Shown: piece after piece, positions 28,356-40,098 of the stretch
Layout of the letters: the number at the start of each line of letters is the position of its first letter
How positions within the stretch are numbered: the first letter of the stretch is position 1
Source of the DNA: Octopus vulgaris
Taxonomy: Eukaryota
Direction: 5' to 3'
NCBI GenBank assembly: GCA_951406725.2
Contig: OX597834.1
Coordinates: forward strand, 28,830,001-28,894,000
DNA length: 64,000 nt
The notes under the pieces: model-generated
Seen by the model: the letters and a program-made list of their open reading frames with translations, nothing else
The model's database searches: none
What the model was told of the DNA's origin: nothing
Made by a program: the position numbers and the translations under genes

Positions 28356-28552
28356 CATTATTATCATTATTATTATTATCATTATTATTATTATTATTAT
28401 TATCATTATTATTATTATTATTATTATTATCATTATTATTATTATCATTATTATTATTATTATCATTATTATTATTATTATTATCATTATTATTATTATT
28501 ATTATTATTATCATTATTATTATTATTATTGTTATTATTATCATTATTATTA

Positions 28553-28583
<31 letters not shown>

Positions 28584-28636
28584 CATTATTATTATTATCA
28601 TTATCATTACCATTATTATTATTATTATTATTATTA

Positions 28637-28709
<73 letters not shown>

Positions 28710-28710
28710 C
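27820..28710. repeat. About 890-bp (TAT/CAT)n microsatellite
   Basis: Seen directly. Confidence 0.97.
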
Positions 28711-29529
28711 AGCAGCAGCAGCTACCTTATGTAATAATCACCGCCATCAATATCATCATCATCAACATCATCATCATCATCATCATCATCATCATTATCA
28801 CAATCATAATCATTAACATCAACATCATCATCGCCGTCGTCGTCGTAGTCATCTTCGTATCCTCTTATTCTTTATCATCCTCCTCCTCCTCCTCTTCCTC
28901 CTTTTCCTCGCTTTCGTTGTTTTTATTCTATCATTCGTGGTTTGAAAACTGCCTGAAGGCTTTCCTTTATTTATTGATGTTTTCCTTTCTTTTGCTTACA
29001 TCAAAAAAAAAAAAAAAAGAAGAAGAAAAACCCAATTATGTACATCTTGGAAATTCGTGCATAAAAATATTTTTTTCAAAATGTTCAAGATTAACCAAAT
29101 ACCACGTGAGAATGGTTCCCCGAACAGTATTTACAGAATCTTTCATCGCTATTTTCGTGAAGTGAATGCGATTAAAACCAGAGCCAAAGCCGTCTCTCTT
29201 GATCGAGAAACAACGTAAAAACGACTTTGTGACAATGTGCTATGATTTCACTAATTGATTTCGGTTAGTTGAGTGGCCGCGAGTAGACATAGACAGAGAG
29301 AGAGAGAGACAGGGAAACAGAGAGACAGAGATACCGAGAGACAGACATACATGTAGGCAGACAGGCAGAGACCCTCTCGGTCCTTGAACCTTGTGGAACG
29401 TCGAACATATGATATATGGAATGACAAAGGACTGCGCCACTAATAGGCTGGTTAAACGTGCTTGTAGATAATCTTAGAGATAATCTTAGAGTGCCTTAGA
29501 GATAATCTGATCGGTAGCTTTGCAAAAAT

Positions 29530-29975
29530 GTCAGTACGTTATTGTAGCTGCCCTAATTACAGATGAGGCAGTAGGGTTCCTTCGAAGGATCTCTGGAGTA
29601 ACGTTACTCGACGTGATACCTAGCTCGTAGATCAGGGAGTTCCTCCAGGTCGAGCCGCTCTTTCTCCGCATCGTTAGATCACAGTTCCGGTACTACAGAC
29701 ATGTGGTTAAGATGTCGCATGGAAAAATCGCAAGACGGGTTCTTCAAGCCGAGCTAAGCGGCAAAAAAAAAACAAGGAGATAGACCAAGAACAAGATGGT
29801 TAGATAATATCCATGTTCCCAGATGGTCACGCTTAGGAATCCATCAGATAAGTGTAAAAGCGGTTGCTTCTGATAGAACCCTATGGATGAGGTGCCTGAG
29901 GACTCTGCACCTACATTCCTCCTCTGCCCCAGGAATAGAGGGTGGAGAAAATTGATGGGTGAATAAATGGATGAT
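29530..29975 (+). mobile_element. Degraded RTE-clade LINE 3' end
   Basis: IREFLQVEPLFLRIVRSQFRYYRHVVKM...RRVLQAELSGK resembles the RTE 'LRWFGHVxRM' region. Confidence 0.65.
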
Positions 29976-30299
29976 GATCCGCTTCCTTAACCTTTTTGAT
30001 ACCAACTTACCTGCGACCGCCCTACTTCTGCGATACTAAAGTTTAAGCCTTCTTTTATGATTTTATAAAGGAAATATTTTTTTGTTAAATCAAGTTCCAC
30101 AAGCACCAGCTTAGTAATGGAGAGGATAGTGATTTTTCTGTCTCCTTCATGAGCAGTGAGCTTCATTATAAATGCTTGTTTATGTTTCGTACCATTGATG
30201 TAAATAAATTAAAACCACTTTTATTATTCACCTTTCTATTTCTTCAACAACAGCCAACAAATATGAAAGGATACTGCAATCAACATAATTTGCCTGGTT

Positions 30300-30704
30300 A
30301 CTCTTTTACTCTTTTACTTGTTTCAGTCATTTGACTGCGGCCATGCTGGAGCACCGCCTTTAGTCGAGCAAATCGACCCCGGGACTTATTCTTTGTAAGC
30401 CCAGTACTTATTCTATCGGTCTCTTTTGCCGAACCGCTAAGTAACGGGGACGTAAACACACCAGCATCGGTTGTCAAGCAATGCTAGGGGGACAAACACA
30501 GACACACAAATACACACACACATATATATATACATATATACGACAGGCTTCTTTTCAGTTTCCGTCTACCAAATCCACTCGCAAGGCATTGGTCGGCCCG
30601 GGGCTATAGCAGAAGACACTTGCCCAAGATGCCACGCAGTGGGACTGAACCCGGAACCATGTGGTGGTTAGCAAGCTACTGACCACACAGCCACTCCTAC
30701 GCCT
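30300..30704 (-). mobile_element. SINE family B, full length, flanked by a direct duplication of about 87 bp
   Basis: Matches family B; flanks 30194-30299 and 30705-30791. Confidence 0.9.
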
Positions 30705-30798
30705 ATTGATGTAAATAAATTAAAGCCACTTTTATTATTCACCTTTCTATTTCTTCAACAACAGCCAACAATCAACATAATTTGCCTGGTTCTGGATT

Positions 30799-31320
30799 AA
30801 ATTTATAATTTGGAAAGATGTTTTTACTGATATGTCTGTAAAAACTAGCTTTGCAAATAGATAGACGACCTTTATATTTCCAAAAGTATAAGCAAAGACA
30901 TTAAAAAGTGCTGTCTCACAGTATACGATTGCTATATCACAGTGAATAAAAATTAGTCTTTCTAATTGAATTGTGAAGTTAAAATCTTTAATCACATTTT
31001 GATAAAAAAAAAAAAAAAGAATATATTGAAATTAGAATTTATAAGAATTTTCTGAATAGTGTACAAATTTATAATTTGGAGAGATGTTTTATGTCTGTAA
31101 AAAGTAGCTTTGCAAATACATAGGCGACCTTTATATTTCCAAAAGTATAAGCAAAGACATTAAAAAGTGCTGTCTCACAGTATACAATTGCTATATCACA
31201 GTGAATAAAAATTAGTCTTTCTACTTGAATTGTGGAGTTAAAGTCTTCAATAATCACATTTTGATAAAAAAAAAGAATATATTAAAATTAGAATTTACAA
31301 GAATTTTCTGAATAGTGTAC
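30799..31320. repeat. Tandem duplication of about 260 bp (30799-31064, 31065-31320)
   Basis: Both units begin aaatttataatttgga and end gaatagtgtac, with few differences. Confidence 0.9.
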
Positions 31321-31744
31321 ACTTTAATAATTGCTTTCTTTTCCTAAAAAATTACATAATCCAAACTAATTAACAAGCAACTTCCTTTGTTACAGTATAG
31401 ATATGTGGTCACAGAAGAGTTGGTAATCAAATCTAAATTAATATAATTCTTTGACTTGTCAACTCGTTTCTACATAACATTATTGCTATTTGTTATTGCT
31501 TTGTCGATCATTCATACACAGAAAATAATTCAGGTTTATTAGGAGCTGCTAATTCGAGAGCTTCGTTTGCTCAACAGCAACAACACCAGCGGAAGCGACA
31601 CCACCATCATCATTATCAGCACCAGCAGCATCAGCAGCACCATTGATAATATGTCTTCATCCTACAACTCGAATTGTATAGTCTCCATTAACTCATTGAA
31701 ATTAAGACCTATCAAGACTACTTCAGACCACCAAAATTTGTCTC

Positions 31745-32697
31745 GGGCATCGCTGTGTGGTAAGAAGTTTGTTTCACACCTCAAGGTTCCGAGTTCAGTC
31801 CCACTGCGTGGCACTTTGGGCAGGTGTCTTCTACTGTAGCCCCGGGCCGACCAAAGCCTTGTGAGTGGATTTGGTAGACAGAATCGGAAAGAAGGCGGCG
31901 AGCTGGCAGAAACGGGTGTGCCTGATTGTTGGAGACACAAGAGCTGTCAACTCTGAGGAACAGAGATCATCATAGTAGTGATATAAAAGATAGAGAAGAG
32001 ACAGCATACCTACGGGTCATGAAGCGGTATAAGCTCGTTACATGCTCGTTACGGTATATGCTCGTTACGTTAAAGGCGGCGAACTGGCAGAAACGTTAGC
32101 ACGCCGGGCGAAATGCTTAGCGGTATTTCGTCTGTCTTTACGTTCTGAGTTCAAATTTTCGCCGAGGTCGACTTTGCTTTTCATCCTTTCGGGGTCGATA
32201 AATTAAGTACCAGTTACGCACTGGGGTCGATGTAATCGACTTAATCCCTTTGTCTGTCCTTGTTTGTCCCCTCTATGTTTAGCCCATTGTGGGCAATAAA
32301 GAAATTAGAAACTGAAAGAAGCCCATTGTATGTATATGTGTGTGTATGTATGTATGTATGTATGTTTATCGCCCTATCACCGTTGGGCAACCGGTGTTGG
32401 TGTGTTTACGTCTCCCCAACTTAGCAGTTCGGCAAAGAGGCAGATAGAATAAGTACTAAGCTTAAGAAATAAGCCCTGAGGCCGATTTGTTCGACTAAAA
32501 CCTTTCAGGCGGTACTCCAGCATGTCTGCAGCCAAATGACCGTAATAAGCATAAGAATAAAAGAATATATATATATATATGGTACCGGGTTCAGTCCCAC
32601 TGCGTGGGACCTTGAGCAAGTGTCTTCTACTCGACCAAAGCCTTGTGAGTGGATTTGGTATATGGAAACTGAAAGAAGCCCGTCGTATATATGTATG

Positions 32698-32782
<85 letters not shown>

Positions 32783-32998
32783 TTGTGTGTCTGTGTTTAT
32801 CCCCCCAACATCGCTTGACAACCGATGCTGGTGTGTTACGTCCCCGTAACTTAGCGGTTCGGCAAAAGAGACCGATAGAATAAGTACTAGGCTTACAAAG
32901 AATAAGTCCTGGGGGCGATTTACTCGACGATAGGCAGTGCTCCAGCATGGCCACAGTCAAATGACTTGAAACAAGTAAAATAGTAAAAAGAGTAAAGA

Positions 32999-33000
<2 letters not shown>
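31745..33000 (+). mobile_element. SINE B interrupted by a chimeric SINE A insertion (31894-32306), followed by a second SINE B (32579-33000)
   Basis: SINE B resumes at gaaactgaaagaagcc after the SINE A tail. Confidence 0.88.
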
Positions 33001-33042
<42 letters not shown>

Positions 33043-33059
33043 GGTGGGAGTGTTTACGC

Positions 33060-33132
<73 letters not shown>

Positions 33133-33359
33133 TGTGTGTGTGTGTGTGCTTATAGACAGGCAGACAGACAAACTAGTCTGAAGTAATCAAGCTGGGCCTA
33201 AATTTCAATGTGTTAAGAGCGATTCAACACCTCTGGTTACATGATTAAAACACATTTTCATTATCACTGTTATCGTCTTCTTCTTCTTCCAGTCAGGACT
33301 CACGCCGTTAGCCACAAAAAATAATCTCTAATTCGAGCCTACTCTAAGCTACTAAAAAT

Positions 33360-33760
33360 GCGTGTGGCAACTTGAAGATCCACCCACTACACGCGATAGA
33401 CTGGCGGTTGCACGGGCGCGAAAGCTACGTTGTTGTCCTCATTCCGTAAACGGTGGCTTTTAATGGGTGGAGAGCTGAACCATCCTGGGGTACTGAGGAT
33501 TTGCAATCTAGACTAGAATCTGAAAGTTTACCACACCATAGTGGGTTACACCATGGTTCCTCTGCTTTGCGGCAGAAGTAGGAAGAAGGAGTGAGAGAAA
33601 GTTGTGGTGAAAGAGTACAGCGGGGTTCACTACCCCACCGCCGGAGCCTCGTGGAGCTTAGGTGTTTTTGCTCAATAAACACTCTCGGTCTGGGAATCGA
33701 AACCGCGTTCTTACGACCGCGGGTCCACTGCCCTAACCACTGGGCCATTATGCCTCCACA
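33360..33760 (-). mobile_element. SINE family C, tail type c
   Basis: The head matches family C; sequence diverges after ctttctctcactc. The 3' end is approximate. Confidence 0.75.
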
Positions 33761-33877
33761 TTGTGCAGTATACCTCTTCATTTTTTAATTTTATTTTCAA
33801 AATGCTACGGTGCTGTATTTTCGGCTTTGGCTGCTATTATTTCTAGCAGACCGAGAAGTCAATACCGATACCAATAC

Positions 33878-34432
33878 TACCACCACTACCACCATTATCA
33901 CCACCACCATCACATGACCACAACCACAATCACCACCATTGTCAACACCACCGCGACCACCATCACCAACACCACCATAACTACCACCGGAACCACTATC
34001 ACAACCATTAACACAACATCACCATCACCACAACCACCACCACCATCACCATTACCACAACCCCCATCACACACCATCATCAACACCACCGCGACCACCA
34101 TAACTACCACCGCCACCACTATGACAACCACTAACACAACAACACCACCATCATCACCACCACCATCACTACCACCACTATCATCACCACCACCGTCATC
34201 ATCACCACCACCACCATCATCATCATCATTACCACAACCACCATCACATGACCACAACCACAATCACCGCAATCATCAACACCACCATAACTACCACCGT
34301 CACCACTATCCCAACCATTAACACAACACCGCCAACATCACCACAACCACCACCACCACCACCGCCACCGTCATCACCCCATCACTACCACCACTATCAC
34401 CACCACAGCCACAACTATCATCATCATCATCC
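33878..34432. repeat. (CAC/CAT)-rich degenerate microsatellite
   Basis: Seen directly. Confidence 0.9.
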
Positions 34433-34844
34433 CCCCCTCATCACTGCATTGGATAATCCAAGACATGGTCGTTTTCAGAGTAAGCTCCAAAGCTATTTAC
34501 TATTCCAATCCATATTCTTTGACTAACCACTTTATAGTGGCCACAACACTCCAGAGAATACGCCAAGCCACTAACGACTTCATCACGCAGGTCACGTGAC
34601 CCGATGATGAGATCATTACCAGATAATTAAACTCTTCTCATGAAGACTTGAACGAGATGTATTTAGTGGGGGAAGTCTCATCCATGACGCAGCCGAGGAG
34701 AACGGATAATAAAGCCGAGAGCGTTTGTCCATCCTATGATGACGAGTAAACTCTGCAAGTATAATTTTTGCTACTATGGGTAATGTCGGCAAATCTGGCG
34801 TGCACGCATATTAGTGTTTAGAGATCAAACTGAATTATCATATG

Positions 34845-34895
<51 letters not shown>

Positions 34896-34957
34896 GTATG
34901 CATATATATATTTATATACAGATATGTATATATGTATATATATATATGTATATGCAT

Positions 34958-35007
<50 letters not shown>

Positions 35008-35037
35008 TGTATATATGTATATATATATATATGTATA

Positions 35038-35096
<59 letters not shown>

Positions 35097-35144
35097 ATAT
35101 ATATATATGTATGTATCATATATATATATATATATATATTATAT

Positions 35145-36024
35145 ATTATATAATTAGGGCTTAGTAAAATAAATTACTTTGCCACATACTGAACTTAGTA
35201 GAAATAGCAGCCAAAAAAATTTTTTAGCCATTTCTACTGCTTAAAAGAAAATTTCTCTCAGATAATGTTTACTCCAGACAGCTCACGAAGGTTTGGAGGT
35301 AAATACAGAAAAATATCACAAGTACATAGATCGTTTGAGTACGTCAACGTTTCAAGATTAGCCAAATAAAATCAGCATTTCTTTCGTCAGCTCAAAATTT
35401 CTTAATTTGGATTTGGAAACACTAAAAAGAAGGAACTTTACCTATCAGCGAACTTGTCGCTTCAGATGAATCACTCCGACTAACAGTGTCAACAAATTCA
35501 AAATGCGCAGGCGTAAATTTCTGCACTCCGCTTCCACCCACGTGGTCTATCTAGCAAACATTATATTTTAACCGCGAGAACCGAGGCAGTATGACAGAGA
35601 GAAATGAATTATAATATCAACAATTGAGGGTAAAATTAATTAATTAATCAATTTCACTAAGTGTTCAGTATGTAAAGGACCATTTAAGGCGAATTCAAAA
35701 TATTACATTATATAATTAGGGCTTAGTAGTAAAATAAATTACTAGTAAAATAAATTACTTTATTTTACTAAGCAACTAACAGTGTCAACAAATTCAAAAT
35801 GCGCAGGCGTAAATTTCCTAATTATTATATAATGTAAGCGAATTCAAAATATTACATTATATATTTTAAAGGGCTTAGTAAAATAAATTACTAGTAAAAT
35901 AAATTACTTTATTTTACTAAGCCCTAATTATATAATGTAATATTTTGAATTCGCCTTAAATGGTCCTTTACATACTGAACACTTGGTGAAATTGATTAAT
36001 TAATTAATTTTACCCTCAATTGTT
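35145..36024 (-). mobile_element. Non-coding Penelope-like/retrozyme-like element with direct and inverted partial repeats, in (TA)n
   Basis: attatataattagggcttagta is repeated at about 35146 and 35707. Segment 35620-35730 is inverted at about 35905-36024. Contains a hammerhead. Confidence 0.75.
35334..35396 (-). ncRNA. Type I hammerhead ribozyme with canonical core
   Basis: UUUGAG-CUGACGA-AAGA(22 nt)UCUU-GAA-ACGU UG ACGU-A|CUCAAA: 6-bp helix I, 4-bp helix II, palindromic helix III, GUA cleavage triplet. Confidence 0.85.
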
Positions 36025-36055
36025 TATATTATATATTATATATATTATATATATT

Positions 36056-36090
<35 letters not shown>

Positions 36091-36132
36091 AATATATATA
36101 TTATATATATATCTATATATTATATATATATC

Positions 36133-36233
<101 letters not shown>

Positions 36234-36319
36234 ATTATATATATATTTATATATATATATATATATCATTATATATATACATTATATTTATATATATATT
36301 ATATAGTTATATATGTATA

Positions 36320-36369
<50 letters not shown>

Positions 36370-36401
36370 ATATATTAAATATCATATACATATATATACA
36401 T

Positions 36402-36520
<119 letters not shown>

Positions 36521-37273
36521 CTTTAGATTTAGTTTAATTAGGTACTTAAGTTAAGGCACCAAGTCAGTCCGGTATTATCCGCACAGCTCTAAGTAAGTTG
36601 AATAAAAAGCAAATAAGTAACAAGGATGTCAAAGTATTAGTGCATTACGGCCGTTTCAGGTGGCTCCATTCAATCGCTCAAGGCAAGCATTACCTCAATT
36701 TGAAATACACCGCCTTCCTCGGACGCATAAGATGATATAGTTTTTCAACATACAGGATACTATTTTGTAATCGTTTAGCAAATTTTTCATCAGAACTAGA
36801 GAATGAAAGAATTACATGCTTGTTGCTATTATTGTAACAGAATGAACTTAGAGAGACGATACCCCAAGTATAATTTGGAGTGACAGAAGAGAATAACAAT
36901 GGAAGTCAAGAGATGGTAATATAGCTACATTTATCTTTCTCCTTATGACAATCAAAAGATCTAATGCAGCTATTATATTACGTCCACTAAGAATTAAAGA
37001 CACTGGGAGCTGACAGTTAAGTTCTAGCCGCTGATGATAAATTATTTGGCGTCAGATACTCATCCCTACTCCTAATTTACTGTGGTTATAAACTCGCTAT
37101 GGCTACATAAAGGAACATGTCTCAGAAGATGTCACTAAGATAGTGGCATATGTCCAGAAAGAAGCGGGATAGTGACAAAAACCATTTTATTATTATCAGT
37201 TAAAAGGGACCCCAAGTAGAAAACAAATGAGGTCACAATGGGGTCAAATATGGAAACAAACGGACAATGTTAT

Positions 37274-37367
<94 letters not shown>

Positions 37368-37372
<5 letters not shown>

Positions 37373-37681
37373 GAGGCGCAATGGCCCAGTGGTTAGGGCA
37401 GCGGACTCGCGGTCGTAGGATCACGGTTTCCATTCCCAGACCTGGCGTTGTGAGTGTTTATTGAGCGAAAACACCTAAAGCTCCACGAGGCTCCGGCAGG
37501 GGCTGGTGGCGATCCCTGCTGTACTCTTTCGCCACAACTTTCTCCCACTCTTTCTTCTGTTGGCCTGCTCGCTTAGCCAGCGGGGTGGCGTCATTTGAAG
37601 GCTAAAACAATGCGAAGCGCATTGTGACCAGCGATGTGTAACAACATCTGATGGCCTGGTCGGTCACGGTGATCACGGTGA
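37368..37681 (+). mobile_element. SINE family C, full length with tail type b
   Basis: Family C head joined to the ttggcctgctcgcttagcc... tail, ending in (TA)n. Confidence 0.9.
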
Positions 37682-37814
37682 TATATATATATATATATAT
37701 ATACACACGCATTCCAGTGAAGTAGCTGTGCATTAAGCGTTGGGGTTAAAACATTGTAAAATTAGTCATTATATCAAAACACATATACAAACACACACAA
37801 ACACATTCATACGT

Positions 37815-37849
<35 letters not shown>

Positions 37850-38165
37850 CGTGTTTTGATATAATGACTATATTACAATGTTTTAACCCCAACGCTTAAT
37901 GCACAGCTACTTCACATTCCAGTGAAGTAGCTGTGCATCTGGGTTGGGGCCAGTTCTTCAGTGTTTATTTGGAGAGAAAATTGAAAAATAAAACCTAAAT
38001 CGGTGCATACATAGAGAGAGGGCGAGGAGGAAGAAGAGGAGAAGAGAGAGAGGGGAGAAGAGAGAGGGGAGAAGAGAGAGGGGAGAAGAAAGAGAGGGGG
38101 AGAAGAGAGAGGGAGAGAGACACATGTAAGGCAGAGAAAACAGACAAAGACAAATAACGATTTAC

Positions 38166-38175
38166 TTTCCGCCAT
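38166..38175 (-). CDS. Candidate start exon ATG GCG GAA A of an unidentified minus-strand gene (overlaps the YY1 motif AAGATGGCGG)
   Basis: aaagATGGCGGAAA|gtaaat followed by CT-rich intron-like DNA, about 500 bp from an NRF1/ETS cluster. No downstream exons were identified. Confidence 0.35.
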
Positions 38176-38289
38176 CTTTAACATGAATTTGATAACACAA
38201 AAAAAAAAACAAACGACCCCTTTTATTTAAAACCCTCCTTCCTGGCGGCGGAGCCAGTAACAGAAGAGTGGCATATTGATCCCAACACC

Positions 38290-38480
38290 ACAGTGTTCAG
38301 TCCCTGTTGTGACGTGGTGGCTTGTGTGCCTTCAATGACCTTGAGAGCCGTGCCAGTGGAGTGCAAGCTCCTGGTAGAGACACCTATGCCGGACAGGTCA
38401 AAGGATAAAGGCCAGACTAATATGGACCTCTTTTGCCCAGAGATAAAGATGGGTTTACATAAGACCAACACTCCTATCTA
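38290..38480 (+). mobile_element. RTE-clade LINE 5'UTR relic (second copy at about 39555-39745)
   Basis: ggtggcttgtgtgccttcaatgacc...ctcctggtag...tgccggacaggtcaaagg...ccagactaa resembles RTE 5' ends. Confidence 0.6.
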
Positions 38481-38670
38481 GAAAGAAAGCTAAGGTAGGG
38501 AAGCTTGGACGATAACAGTGCGTAACATTTTTTTCTTTGGTCAGTAAATGTTATTTTCTATTTGCTTTTATCTAGAAATCAAATGAAATGACTGCTATTC
38601 ACTCCAAACTTTCCTTTTGTGAGCTGGACATTAATGTTTTTGTGGTGTTGGTGAGAGAGGATGACGGATA

Positions 38671-38833
38671 GGGGAGGGCGGAAGTAAGGCTTGCAGGGCG
38701 CATGCGCGACAGGAAGCGGAAGCGGCAGACAGGACGCACGTGTGGGATCGAGGGGTTGCTGTAGAGACGACGAAGGCACGAGATGCATCGAGTTGGCTGA
38801 GAGGGATCCGAACTAATCTTCGACGAGGTAAGG
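38671..38833 (+). promoter_or_regulatory. CpG-rich housekeeping-type promoter and non-coding first exon, copy 1
   Basis: GGGCGGAAGT (ETS/GC box), GCGCATGCGC (NRF1, 38698), GGAAGCGGAAG, CACGTG (38737), donor GAG|GTAAGG at 38828. Branch-like CTGAC and acceptor tttcag end at 38926. Confidence 0.7.
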
Positions 38834-39935
38834 CCCGATTGCATTTCCATTCTCCCTTTTCTGTTGTCCTCTTTTCATCGTTCACACCACAGTTTTGAAA
38901 CTGACCAATTTTCCATTACATTTCAGACAGATTCAACACTGAGTTGTTGAAGCAGAAATATCGTTATAGCAAATATTCTGCTCAATACCACAGTTGCTTG
39001 ACTTTAAACCACATGATTATGTCCCTTAGTGGCTGACAATATGTGCATCTTTGATCATGAGCAGGAGTGGTGCTGGAGCATCATATCCATGTGTTGAGAG
39101 GAATTCTTTTGGGGTTTGAATAAATGTAAGAAAAGCAAAGTTTGAAGGAAATATTAGCCATTTTTCATACTTTCTAGGGATAAGCAAATAGGAACTGACA
39201 GTTGCTACCCATGGACAAACATCGTGTTGTACAGTGTAATTCAAAACTAACAGAGCCTGTAAGAGGAAGGTTTTCTCTCAGAGAAGCATATAGGGTGCTG
39301 AAGAAGAGCCGAAAAGCAGTGATCCAACTGAAGAGAAGCAGAAAAGACAGCGCTGGATGAAGAACAGTGGAGATATATCATCGATAGCCTAAATTCCACG
39401 GGGAGTATGTATATTGATCAAACATTGGAATTCTCAAAGTAGTCGGTATTCATGAATTTGATAACACAAAAAAACCAAACGACCCCTTTTATTTAAAACC
39501 CTCCTTCCTGGCGGCGGAGCCAGTAACAGAAGAGTGGCATATTGATCCCAACACCACAGTGTTCAGTCCCTGTTGTGACGTGGTGGCTTGTGTGCCTTCA
39601 ATGACCTTGAGAGCCGTGCCAGTGGAGTGCAAGCTCCTGGTAGAGACACCTATGCCGGACAGGTCAAAGGATAAAGGCCAGACTAATATGGACCTCTTTT
39701 GCCCAGAGATAAAGATGGGTTTACATAAGACCAACACTCCTATCTAGAAAGAAAGCTAAGATAGGGAAGCTTGGACGATAACTGCGTAACATTTTTTTTC
39801 TTTGGTCAGTAAATGTTATTTTCTATTTGCTTTTATCTAGAAATCAAATGAAATGACTGCTATTCACTCCAAACTTTGCTTTAGTGAGCTGGACATTAAT
39901 GTTTTTGTGGTGTTGGTGAGAGAGGATGACGGATA

Positions 39936-40098
39936 GGGGAGGGCGGAAGTAGGGCTTGCAGGGCGCATGCGCGGCAGGAAGCGGAAGCGGCAGGCAGGAC
40001 GCACGTGTGGGATCGAGCAGTTGCTGTAGAGACGACGAAGGCACGAGACGCATCGAGTTGGCTGAGAGGGATCCGAACTAATCTTCGACGAGGTAAGG
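39936..40098 (+). promoter_or_regulatory. Same promoter and first exon, copy 2
   Basis: Same motifs; NRF1 at 39963, donor at 40093. Confidence 0.7.

Noticed and set aside
27636-29165. 460-aa poly-Y/H and 334-aa poly-I/M ORFs
   Set aside because: These are the (TAT/CAT)n microsatellite; there is no splice or domain evidence.
33490-33535. ctgagga...gaaa hammerhead-like string
   Set aside because: Helix II forms only by consuming core nucleotides, and helices I and III are not convincing.
36640-36710. gaaacggccgta with flanking stems on the minus strand
   Set aside because: The CUGANGA core is lost; counted only as a dead relic.
39295-39350. Two ctgaaga...gaaa strings in the duplicated unit
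   Set aside because: No helix II pairing; purine-rich chance matches.
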